The notes under the pieces were generated by a model, which was given only the letters and a program-made list of their open reading frames with translations, ran no database searches and had not been told where the DNA came from. 64,000 nucleotides of DNA from Fistulifera solaris (lineage: Eukaryota): NCBI GenBank assembly GCA_030295235.1, contig AP026136.1:310001-374000 (forward strand), in the 5' to 3' direction. The translations under genes and the position numbers were made by a program. Positions 13,241 to 25,280 of the stretch are shown here, in pieces (position 1 is the first letter of the stretch; the number at the start of each line of letters is the position of its first letter).

Positions 13241-13705
13241 GGTCGAATGCAAGCTGTTGGAGTTATTGAGCGTGAAGTGGAGTGGTCGGAAGCACGCAGC
13301 TTCTTTCACTGGAGACTTCGTCGCAAACTGGCGGAATTCGACCTCCGTCAGAAGATTATTGAGGCCGGAGAAGTCGGTCGTGGTGTCAAGTCTCTCGAAC
13401 CTTTGCAGGCGACTTCGGTCATGAAACAATGGTTTTGTAGAATCTCCAAACATGAAGGAAGAAATGTGGAACGACGACAAAGTCTTCCTTTCGTGGATGG
13501 CCCAGAATAACTCGTTCCTGGAGCAAACGATAAGATAGTGGAATTCACTAAGGAAGTTGTCATCCAAGAAGTGGTGCAGGTCATGACAGCTGGTGGCAAC
13601 ACTGCCCGTGTTGGGACCACTGGCATTGTGGAAGGTCTCGGCCGTGCCATGAGCCTCATGTCCGCGGAAGAAAATCGGCAAAACGTCAAGCGTAGTACCA
13701 GGTAA
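13241..13705 (+). pseudogene. Degenerate fragment of the acetyl-CoA carboxylase C-terminus, inverted relative to the ACC gene
   Basis: Translates across frames to GRMQAVGVIEREVEWSEARSFFHWRLRRKLAEFDLR...WNDDKVFLSWMAQN...VVQVMTAGGNTARVGTTGIVEGL, resembling the ACCase segment after the CT domain. Has a +1 indel at ~13435 and an apparent 5-nt insertion at ~13528. No upstream ACC sequence is attached. Confidence 0.8.
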
Positions 13706-14071
13706 TGAAATTAAAACATCATTCACTAAAAAAACTAACTAAACGCATGTGAATAACTTTGATAAGTTCCGTCAAAATTGTTTTTCTCGATTGACGAACA
13801 TGGTACAAGTTTCGAATGAAGGAATGGCTAGTTTTACAGCTATAGGAATAGGATGACGCTGTATAGGAAAATATCATCAAATCGTACCGGTCTTCCAAAG
13901 GAAACATGTCAACTGCACTCAACGGAAAATGACGTAGGTCGTGCCAATTCATTCTGCGAGCTCTCCTTGAATTCAACTACCAGGTAAACAATTGCAAAAC
14001 AGAAGAAGAAGAAGAAGAAGAAGCAAGTTCCTTTCATTTTCTTTTATTTTACACAAACAACAACAACAACT

Positions 14072-15089
14072 ATGACAGACTACGATGAACGCATTCAACA
14101 CGCCATTCCTGCCGAATTTCACATGATCAGTGGCTCGCACGACATGCAAACCAGTGCCGATGTCTTTAATACCAGCCAATTCGAATTGCCCAATCCGGCC
14201 GGCAAAGCCGGTGGTGCCTGCACGAGTGCTTTGTTACAAGTTTTGTACAAAGACAATCATGCTGCTATGCCAATGAGTTGGGTAGAATGTTTGCGGAAAA
14301 TGCGTTCCGAATTGAATCGCATGGGGTACGATCAAATCCCTCAATTGACCAGCAGTCGTTTGATTGATGTCAACAAACCCATGAGCATTGTACCACCCGG
14401 ATCAACAACGGGACACCGTCGTGCTATCTTAATTGGTATTAATTATATTGGACAGAAAGGACAATTGAGTGGTTGTCACAATGATGTGATGAATATTAAG
14501 AAATATTTAATCAACGTGCACAATTTCAAAGAAAGTGAAATGTTGATTTTAATGGATGATAATAAACACCATGCACCGACACGACGGAATATTGAAGATG
14601 CCTTTCAGCGGATTACACAATACAGTCAAGCGGGGGATGTTGTCTTTGTTCATTATTCCGGTCACGGGAGTCGAATCCCTGATTTGGATGGAGACGAATC
14701 GGATGGATATGACGAGACGTTGGTACCGGTCGACTTTAAAAGTGCCGGACAAATTGTCGATGGTACGTGTAACCAAGCGTCAATGGTGGTGGTCTATAAT
14801 ATAGTGATGCTCACTCACATGTTATATTTCTTGGTATTCTACTACGTATCCAGACGAAATATTGAAGTTACTGGTCCAGCCGATGAAAGCCGGTGTCACG
14901 TGTACCGTTCTCATGGATTGTTGTCATTCGGGTACCGTCCTCGATTTACCTTATCGTTTTTCAGCCGATGATTCGCAAATGCGATTGGATCCTCGAATGA
15001 ATTTGGAAAAGTATTTGGGGAAATTCGATGTCCAGACCGTCCTTTGTTTGGCCTTGTTGGCGTGTTGTTTGGCGGATCTTATGAGTTAG
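14072..15089 (+). CDS. Type III metacaspase (p10 domain N-terminal to p20)
   Basis: p10 motifs ([29 protein letters not shown]) precede p20 motifs ([22 protein letters not shown] catalytic His/Cys). Intron 14763-14853 (GT..AG) joins [13 protein letters not shown]. Confidence 0.93.
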
Positions 15090-15259
15090 TTCGAGAGAAT
15101 ACTCTGGCTAGAATACTCTAGTAGTAATAGTAGTAGTAGTCGTAGTAGTGAACTTGGTTCTTCATTGTATAGTCTATCTTCATTCAGTCTTCATTCATTC
15201 TTCATGGTTCTTCTATATGATTTGGTTCCTCTCTTTTTTTATTATCTTATATTTCTTTC

Positions 15260-15763
15260 CTATACATTATTTCTTCTCTTGGGCAAACTGCCGTCACCCC
15301 CACGACAATTTGGGGATGGTGGGATATTATTATTATTGTGGGTGGTATTATCTCTCGCATTCCATTGGGTCGGAGATTTCGCGACAATACTCAAGGCATG
15401 GACCGGTCCTTGCAATTCTTCTTGTAGTGCGTTGTTAATGAGACGATGTCGTTGTACCAATGCCAGCGACTCGAATTGTTCCGACACGACGACGACTTTG
15501 AAATGAGTTTCGGAATGGACGGGTCTGTGTGTGTGTGTGGAAAAGAAACGTGAGATAGGATGGTCGATAAACAAACAACATTCGTCATTTACGTACACAT
15601 TGTGCCTGTGTGATTCATTGATCACATCGAGATGGGAGGGAGAAAACGTTGCTTGTAATTTTTCGCGAATGGCAGTCGCGACTGGTGTATTACCAACAGA
15701 ACTCATCTTGCGAAAAAGAAGAGAAGACCGGCGGATTATAAAGGATGTTCGAGCGGAAATCAT
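15260..15763 (-). CDS. BOLA: BolA-like protein (BolA1 type), probably mitochondrial
   Basis: [42 protein letters not shown]...QRHRLIN...[11 protein letters not shown]. Intron 15525-15596. Arg/Ser-rich leader [14 protein letters not shown]. Confidence 0.9.
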   Translation of the reverse strand: [167 protein letters not shown]

Positions 15764-16194
15764 ATGCCCTGAGCCGTTGTGTGCTTTGTGGATGATTCTT
15801 AATGATCGATGATTGGTGAGGATACAGAAGGAGAATAACAAAAGTAACACTACTGGTACTTTTTGTTTTGCTGGGACGGATGCAGAAAAAAACGACGTAT
15901 TATTCCGCGTCAACAAAACATCGTGAGGAGTGCCGAGGCGTTCCCGTTGCGATATAGTCAGTGGGGTTCTGTGCGTCGACCGTATACATGATACATCATC
16001 GCCACTCCTCCACACTGACGCACAAGAAGGATTTCTTTCGCAGTACAACAAGCAACCAACACTTGTCAATTATTGACAATCATTCATAATAATAAAGGAA
16101 AGGTCTTTAGTTTAGATAGATTCACGACAAGGAATTTGTTACGGTATTTATCCAGTCACGGAAAATAGCAGTTTCTTCCCCCCTCGAGACTACT

Positions 16195-18817
16195 ATGACT
16201 GAAAAATTCTCTTTGGTCATCATGATCCTGTTGCGTATCACGACGGCGTTTACGCCCCGTCGAACATCCGTGGCTCGATCTAGTCTGATCTTTCTGTCAA
16301 CAACCAAAGAAATTGCACCGCATCAAGTTACACCGGTCGTCTTTCCCTTCCAACAAATCGAAACCAAATGGCAAGCCTATTGGCACCAACATCAAACCTT
16401 CCAAACACCTTCTCGAGACTTGTCCAAACCGAAAAAATACGTCCTCGACATGTTCCCGTATCCCTCCGGGGCTGGATTGCATGTCGGACATCCAGAAGGA
16501 TATACGGCCTCCGATGTTATGGCTCGGTATTGGCGGATGAAAGGATACGATGTTTTGCATCCGATTGGCTGGGATTCCTTTGGTTTGCCAGCGGAACAAT
16601 ACGCCATTCAAACAGGAGCCCAACCAGCCGATACGACCGCCACCAACATTGCCAATTTCAAACGACAGTTACAAATGTTGGGATTTAGTTACGATTGGGA
16701 TCGGGAATTGGCGACTACCGACGTGGAATATGTCAAATGGACGCAGTGGATCTTTTGCAATTATTCAAAAAGGGATTGGCGGAACAATCGGAAGTGTCGG
16801 TCAATTGGTGTCCTGCGCTCGGGACCGTCTTGGCAAATGAAGAAGTCATTAACGGATTGTCGGAACGGGGAGATCATCCCGTCGAACGTTTACCCTTGCG
16901 TCAATGGGTTCTGAAAATTACCCAATATGCCGATCGTCTCGAAGAAGGTTTGCAAGGTTTGGAGTGGCCGGCGGGGACGTTGTCGGCACAAAAACAATGG
17001 ATTGGTCGGAGCGAGGGATGTCGGATTGATTTTGGGATCGAGGGGATGGATACCGAGAAGATCACCGTATTTACAACACGAGCGGATACGTTGATGGGGG
17101 TCACGTACGTGACGTTGGCACCAGAACATCCCTTGGTCCTGTCGGTGACATCGGACGAACAGAAGGATGCGGTGACTGCTTACGTGAACGAAGCGTCGTC
17201 GCGATCCGATCTCGACCGGACGTCCAGCAAAGAAAAAGTCGGGCGTGTTTACGGGAGGTTACGCATTGCATCCCATTACCGGCGAGCGTGTCCCAATTTG
17301 GGTCGGCGATTATGTCTTGGGATCCTATGGAACGGGTGCGGTCATGGCAGTACCGGCACATGATCAGCGAGATTTTGAATTTGCTCAAAAGTACGGTCTT
17401 GATATCAAGTGGGTCGTTGAACCGGCCGACCAAGCCGAATTGGACAAGACAGTCGCCTTTATCGAATACGGAGTAAACGTGAACAGTGGAGACTTTGATG
17501 GATTAACTACCGAGAATGCGAAGGAGGCTGTCACCAAGAGGTTGGAAGAACTAGAAAAAGGCGGAACACAAATCAATTACAAACTCCGTGACTGGGTGTT
17601 TTCGAGGCAGCGCTATTGGGGAGAACCTATTCCCATCTACTTTCCGGTCGATTTTCCTGAGGGTGTAGACCCATCACAACAAGACCCGAAACTTGATGAC
17701 TGTCAGCACACCATTCGATTTGATCAACCTATTCCTGTCGATGAAGCCGATCTTCCGCTAAAGCTTCCGGTGATGGAGGATTTTCAGCCGGGTGATAACC
17801 CGGCCGGTTGTTTGGCTCGTGCCAGGGACTGGAGATATTTTCAAAAAGATGGAAAATGGTTCGCTCGTGAAACCAACACGATGCCTCAATGGGCTGGAAG
17901 CTGCTGGTACTATTTCCGTTTTCTTGACCCGAAAAATAGCAAAGAGGCATTTAGCAAGAAGGTAGACGAGGAGTGGATGCCAGTGGATCTTTACGTCGGT
18001 GGAGCTGAACATGCTGTCCTGCATCTTCTCTATGCTCGCTTCTGGCACCAAGTTTTGTTTGATCTCGGCTACACCACACATCCCGAACCATTTCAAAAAC
18101 TTGTTCACCAAGGTATGATTCTTGGTAGCGATGGAGAAAAAGATGTCCAAGAGTCGAGGCAATGTTGTCAACCCAGATGACATCGTCCAGAGTCAAGGCG
18201 CAGATGCTTTGCGCATGTATGAAATGTTCATGGGGCCACTTGAAGCTGTGAAGCCATGGCAAACAAGCCAGGTTGCTGGCGTTGTACGGTTCATGAATAA
18301 AGCATACAATATTGTGGTATCCGCTGCCGCCACGAAATATACCGAGATGGGAGACGAAACCTTGCGACTGATGCATAAAACTATGAAAAAAGTGACCGAG
18401 GATATTGAAAACATGTCTTTCAACACTGCCATTTCGGCGTTGATGGTGTATGCGAATCATCTTCAATCATTAGAAAAGATACCAATGGAAGCGGCCAAGA
18501 CATTGACACTCATGGTTTCTCCATTCGCTCCCCATTTAGGCGAGGAATGCTGGAGCATCCTTGGGCACACTGAATCACTGGCCTATGAACCATGGGTCGA
18601 ATTCGACGAAGCACTGTGTGTTGATACTACCGTCACAATCGGAGTGCAAGTCAATGGCAAATCACGAGGAGAAATTTCCATAGCGAAAGATGCCGACGAA
18701 TCAACAGCTGTGGCTGCTGCTAGTAGTGTCGACAAAGTTCAAGTGCAACTGGACGGAAAAGAAATCAAAAAGGTTATCTACGTTCCGGGTCGAATTCTCA
18801 ATCTAATAGCAAAGTAA
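16195..18817 (+). CDS. leuS: Bacterial-type (organellar) leucyl-tRNA synthetase with a bipartite plastid-targeting leader
   Basis: [14 protein letters not shown] (HIGH), FTTRADTL editing domain, [21 protein letters not shown]-terminal VPGRILN. Leader [19 protein letters not shown]. Frameshifts at ~16755, ~17237 and ~18138. Confidence 0.95.
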
Positions 18818-18850
18818 GCGAATCTAATTAAACTTTCTTATTTTATACCT

Positions 18851-20354
18851 CTATAATTCAGGTACGAGCGCGAGAATTATTGCCTTGACCTTAATTTTCA
18901 TGGGTCCGTTCACAATTAGACAGAAACTGACAAGTCCCGTCAACAACCGGTCATGCCCCGCCAAAACTTTTTTTAGTTGCTGGATTTGAAGCCAGGTTGG
19001 TCGCAATTTCCAAGGCGAATTTCCTCGATTCTTCAAAATCTGGTCCAACAGGTTCAAGTAGCGAAGTGACGCAATCAAGAAAAAGCTTTTGAGAAGAGCC
19101 GGAAAGCTCTTGGAATGAGAAACATTCCATTCGAATACTATCCCGCAAGAATTTGGAAACGGCAAGATGAGAATTTATCTCGTCGTCATGTAGACTTAGT
19201 ATGAATGATATTCTTGGAAGAAAAACACCCGACAAAGAAGTCATATCAGGGTTCCATTTCCCTGCTGCGATCATTGTGGATAAAATCTGCAAAACATTGG
19301 CAGCCAGTTTCGACTCGACATTTCTTTCATCCAAAATTCGTATGAGCGATGCAGCTAAGTTGCATTCACGCACATCATTGTCTACTAGAAGCATACTCCG
19401 AACGGCTTGACATGCTTGTACACGAGTGTCGCTGTCGTTGGATTGGTTGGTGGCGAGGTTGGAAAGTACATTCGTGATAATTGTTGCGTCCGCATTGTCC
19501 ATGGTAAAGTGTTGTCCCCATGAACATGATAGCAAACAGCGGATTGTTCTTGTGCACCTTCGCCGCAAATCACAATCACTTTCAGCTTGCAGTGTATCGA
19601 GAAGGCAGGGAATCAACCAACGTTGTTTTTCGATCAGTTTCACACAAGTCGAGCTATCTGTTTCCAAGACTGCAATCGCCACGATGTTGCCAGTAATTGA
19701 CGACCAATGACGAACAATAGCGAGACCATTTCTCCCCGACCATGTTTGTCCTATTCGATGTAAAGTGTCCCACACCACGGAATCCATCGCCATGCTTTTA
19801 CCAATACCATGTTCCGTAGCCAAGTTCCACAAAGTTGCTGTCATGGCCTCCACTATGTTGGATTGATCGCTTTGGCAATTGATAATAATCTGTTTCTTCA
19901 ATGAAGTGTACAAATACTCTTTGTCGGATCCCGATGCTCGGAACGTAAAATCCTTTACCAGACCACACACCTTCGTCGGATTTTCATGCAAAGATGCTTT
20001 AATGTATTTCACGACACCGGATCGAATGAGCTTACTTTTAATGTGCGAATCTTTGAATTTCGACCATATTCGAAGAATCGACAACACTCTTTCTACAATT
20101 TGTGAATCGTCCGGAAAGCATTGCCAGGCATGGACCAACCATGGCAAAACATCGATCAAATCATGAGCCGACTGGACCAGTCGATCCGCTGGACATTGCG
20201 TCCATAATAAGTGCAAGCATTCAAGAATCAATGCAGTTGGTTCTCTGTCCGGGGGCTCGGCATTTAAATGTTGCGTCAATTGCCACGCCAGCATCCGATC
20301 GGCACCTCGGTCGAGGGCCTGAATTCCATGATTACCCTCCAGTAGCTGTTGCAT
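18851..20354 (-). CDS. Hypothetical ARM/HEAT-repeat-like helical protein
   Basis: 467-aa ORF with helical-repeat-like segments (ATLWNLA, VLSNLA, IATNLASNP). Continues through a frameshift at ~18970 to a stop at 18851. A donor (GTAAGT near 20489) and a polypyrimidine acceptor (~20405) suggest an additional 5' exon. Confidence 0.6.
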
Positions 20355-20924
20355 ACGTTTCAGACCTCGCCATCGTAACGTCGAATTTTTACCAAACGAT
20401 ATCTCTAAAAGAAAAAAAAACGGACTGATGAGTACGTTTCCTTCGCGTAAACGAATGGACTATATTCATCAGCTCGATCGATCACTTACCTTGTAACACG
20501 TCGCTCACTTGGGACTTCAGCACGACGGATCGCTGCGGAACCAAATGGATGCTGTCCTGATGAAGGGGGAGACATGATGATGATTCTTCTTTCCATTGAA
20601 TAATCACAAACTATTGAATCGAACCTTTGCTTGACTATGGTTTCCGCTTTCGTGAACCTCTTTGGAAAGTTCGTGGCCGCCTCTCGAAGTGGCTGGCGTG
20701 CGTGCATCCGTAAATATTTGGCGCGGCTGGCGTGTTTCGGTTTTGTGTAATGTGAAGTTATAACTCGTGACTGTGTCGTGACTGAGATGGCGGATGCTCG
20801 GATGCTTCATTATTTTTTTCTAAACATTTGCGACAAAAATAAAAAGCCATTTCATGTTCATTCTTTTTTATAAACGCGCATCGCCTGCATCGAAACATAA
20901 CAATCTAATAAGTGAATACTTTGT

Positions 20925-22574
20925 ATGAGACTCACACCAAAACGGTTTTGGCTGCGATTCGCCCGGCGATCGTATCCGTGCATTCTGCATGCTACAATGG
21001 TGGCCTCCTTTCAACATCCACGACCGTTCCTACTAGCCAATCCTCCCCGACGATTCTTCTATAACCTTACCAGTCATCTCAATAGTGTACCTACTGCTAC
21101 CGAAATTCAAATGACACACGATATCAAGACTATAATACATGCCGGCATTGATGCCGTGAGTCCGGTGACGGCTGTCCAGAATCATTTGACCGTCACCCAG
21201 GGCACGATACTCCGTGTCGGAATGCGTGATTATAATGTACAGGAATACGACCAAATCATCCTCGTGGCTTTTGGGAAAGCGTCGTCGGCTATGGCAACCG
21301 CTGTATTGGATCGTTTGGAGGAAATTGACAAGGAATGTTTGCCCCCTCTCTCGGGTGTGGTGATTGTCAAAGATGGACATGCCACCCGTCAAGAACAAGT
21401 ACGATTATCGGCACGTCGCATACGGGTCCGTGAGGCCAGCCATCCGGTACCGGATCAACGTTCCGTGGATGCTTCGAACGAAATCTTGCAATTGGTACAA
21501 CAACAAATCGGACGCACGTTGCTCATTACGTGCATCAGTGGAGGAGGATCGGCATTGTTTTGTGCACCATCGCATAATTTGACGTTGGAAGATTTGCAAG
21601 CGACCAACACGGCTCTACTGCAATCGGGATGGAACATTCAAGACATGAATGTCCTACGAAAGCGATTGGACCAGGGTAAAGGTGGTCGTCTCGCCGCTGC
21701 GGCCTATCCCGGTGATGTCCTTTCACTCATATTAAGTGATGTGTTGGGCGATCCACTCGATTTAATTGCCAGTGGACCGACGGTGTGCGACACGAGTAAA
21801 TGGAGGGATGCCTGGAAGTTGGTCCAGACTCTTCCTCCCCAAACTCTTCCACCCCGCGTCGAACGTCTCCTGCAGAAAGGGGTCGATGGAGTGATCGAAG
21901 ATTCGCCATCGGAAGATCATCCCGTGTTTCAACAATGCGAGAATATTCTCGTGGGAAATAATGCATTGGCAGTCGATGCAGCAGCCAAACAAGCTGAAGT
22001 ACTGGGCTATTACCCCATTGTGTTGGGAACGCGATTCGAAGGAGAAGCCACCCAAGTTGCACGATTTCTCGTCTCCATGACACAGCATGCTAGAGAGGGT
22101 CCAGACACTAATTCATTCGTCACTCATTTTCCGGTCGCACTCATTTTGGGTGGTGAGACGACTGTTTCATTACCACCTAATTGTATGGGAAAAGGTGGAC
22201 GGAATCAAGAGTTGGCTCTACAAGCAGCCGTGCTCCTACAACAGTTCTCCCTTCGAAATGTGGTACTGGCTAGTGTGGGTACGGATGGCACCGATGGGCC
22301 CACGGATGCAGCAGGTGCGATTGTGGATCGAATTACGATTGAGAGACTTCGAGGCAATGCGATGGAGTCTCTACGGAACCACGATGCGTACAACTATTTA
22401 TCTCAGGTAGATAGCAACGGATTATCGCCACTACTGAAGGTAAGAAAATTGATTGATACTTTGAACGTTCCTGCACTTTTTTGTCCTTATACCAGGCTCA
22501 ACTTCACCTAGACTGGACCCACAGGGACAAATGTGGCCGATCTCATGGTTGTCCTCATTCACCGCAAAGACTAA
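20925..22574 (+). CDS. GLYCTK: Glycerate kinase, MOFRL/DUF4147 (GLYCTK/TtuD) family
   Basis: AFGKAS, EASHPVPD, ISGGGSAL, SDVLGDPLDLIASGPT, GGETTV, GKGGRNQE, GTDGTDG. Intron 22440-22511, then TGPTGTNVADL...TAA at 22574. Confidence 0.93.
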
Positions 22575-22575
22575 C

Positions 22576-24970
22576 TTACAACGACGCCTCACGGATCGAC
22601 CTTACTTTCGCTACGATAGCATCTCTCTCCATTTGGGCCACAAGTTGATCCACACGATCCGTGCGACATCTCCAGAGGGTAACCACCATTTTGTGTTGCA
22701 GCTCGTCCTCGTATCCATCGAGAATCAAGATGAATGAACCGATTGACAACTCACGAATTTGGCTTTGTAGATCGTCTGAAAATGAAGCTATCTGAATGAA
22801 TCTTTCACTCGTCAAACACTTTTCAAAGTCAGCAATGTTGGCAACGAACTTTCGCTTCGTCATATGGGGGACAAGAAAGTGCGCTGCTTCTTGACACACG
22901 CGGTACATGCTTGTACCATCCAGAGAACTGCGAACAAAGGCCTTCAGCCCTGAATTGATAACTGTTACCTTGCTTTGTATCCCCTTGTCGATTATGTTTT
23001 TAATTGGTCTTGAAATGTAATAAATAATTTTTGACTCACCACTGGCACGTGTCATTATCAGATCTTTTTGAAAGTTCGATTCCGTAAGCCCAAAACTATC
23101 AATCAGTTCATTCAAGATACTATCCTCAACCGGCACGAAATCATCTTTTCCAAGACCTTGAATGGATTTTCCGTTCTCGTCACGAACTTGGTTACCCTTC
23201 ACCAGCCTTTCCCCGGCATCATCTAATCGAGGTCCTTGCTTACAAGCGCTCTCTTTTTCTCCTAAGCGGGCGCGCTTATTTTCAGGTTGTTGAGAATCCA
23301 AATCGTCACGCTGTTGACGGTCCGCAACACTAATGTCTCCTACCTTGCGAATCAATGCAACGAAAAAACCGCCGGTATCATTATCGTGAGGAAGACATCT
23401 GACGCACCGATGCAGATGAAAAGTTGCGACTTCTTCCTCTGTTGGCTTGAAATGGGATGGCCGAACTCTTCCGCGAAATGGCTCAGGTACATCATCGTAC
23501 GTCGGCCAATACTCGAGCCCTGATTTTTTGGCCATTTCAATCAAATAATCCTCATCCATAGAAGTGGGTTGAAATCTCTCTTTGATTCCGTCATCTTTGG
23601 ATTCCGGCAGCCTTGCTTTATCTTCCACGGTGGGCTCATCCGAAATGGCGGGATTTTCAACATCGGCGGCACGTGTTGTAGCGGCAACGACTTCACCATC
23701 ATTACTCGCTTCAGCTTCTTTCTCCTGCCATTCGCTTCGCTTCGCCAACGTTTTGGCAATGTTCTTCTTATGCTTATTCTTGCTTTCACGCTGTGTTTGT
23801 GATTCACAGAATACCTTCCACGAGGTCCAGCCGGGTCGGGTTTTAAAGCCTTCTAAGTTCACTTTGACTAATTCGAGCGCCCCATTCGATTTTCGCAACA
23901 ACTCGGCAACGACGGCTTCATTTTCCATGGGATTGTTCGAGCAGGTGGAATAGCACATATAACCGCCCACTTTCAAAAGGTTGGCGGCTCCTTTCCACGC
24001 GATTTGTAGTTGTAACGTATGCAAGGAAAGAGCCGCGGCCTGCGACCATGTCTTCCACACCCCAATGTTTTTGCGCGAAGTACCATCTCCTGAACAAGGC
24101 GCGTCACACAATATCCGATCGAATTGTAGTATTTTCGAAGGGAAAAACTGTCCATCACAACATGTCACCAAGACGTTGGGATTCATGTGCACAATACGAC
24201 GGAGCTGCGACACCAGCATGCTGCGTACAGAAAAACAAGTGTGAGAGTGTCCAATTACTTCATGATACGCTATTATTTCCTCTCGAGTTTAACAATACTC
24301 ACTGCGCTCGCTTCGCGTTGTTGTCGTTGGCAATCAAAGATCCTTCCAAACCCAAACGTTCCAGAATCTGACTCGTCTTGGAGCCAGGTGCCGCGCACAT
24401 ATCCAGTACACAATCACCTGGTTGTGTCTGGAGGACTACGGGTGGAACCATACTGACTGTTTCTTGTCGTGTAATGAATCCTGCCAAATTTTGCAGTTTG
24501 ACCCATTCGAAAAAGGCTTTGAGATTGGGATCTTTCCGGATCATGGAACGATCCACGCCGAGCTGATAGGCGTGCGGTAGAAACCGCAATGGCCGCACCA
24601 CTTCTACTGACAATTCGTTTCTGACCACTTGTAACAGATCGTTCATTTCGTTCTCACATTTTTCACGCAGTGTAGACGGAATATCCTTGGCATAACGAAA
24701 GGATGCCGGCAAAATTTGGGTGGCCGAAGCTCTCCAGAGAATTCGTTCCGCTTCGAATTCATCCCAATTCGAACACGATGTGAGTGTGGCGTCGGTCCAT
24801 TTGGTGCTATGCAGACCCTGTGCTGCATAATAGGCTTCCATCTTGTAGTTTCCATGATCGATAATGGTAGCAACATAGGATTCTCCGTCGTTGCGATTTT
24901 CGCCGTTACGTCGGCCTTTGGGTTGGTCCTTGTTCTTGTCCTTTCGACGTTTTCCTCTGAATTTGCCCAT
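22576..24970 (-). CDS. NSUN2: NSUN2/Trm4-like tRNA (cytosine-5)-methyltransferase
   Basis: ITRQETVSMVPP, VLDMCAAPGSKT, FDRILCDAPCSGDG, YSTCSNNPMENEAVV, PHDNDTGGFFVA. Intron 24221-24302 joins KRAH-MLV. Confidence 0.93.
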
Positions 24971-25280
24971 GGTTAAGAGGAACTAGTTTTTTTTAAATAT
25001 GAAAACAGATCGAATCAAATGGTGCTTTTTCGTTGCCAACAACAGTTGTCGCTTCGTGAACTTATTTCTTTCGTTAAAGCAAAAAATGGATTTTGCTTGG
25101 ATGGGTGGTGGAAAACGTCTGTTCTCGGCGGTCACTTTTGTGATACGGAGTAGTAAACTGTGGTAAAATAATACTCGGGAGTAGTGTAAACTCGTGACCC
25201 GTTTTTTTTGCCATGTATTTGATGCCATTTGCTATGGTCTTAATTTTGCAAAACTGAAGATATACTATTCATTCACTCTC

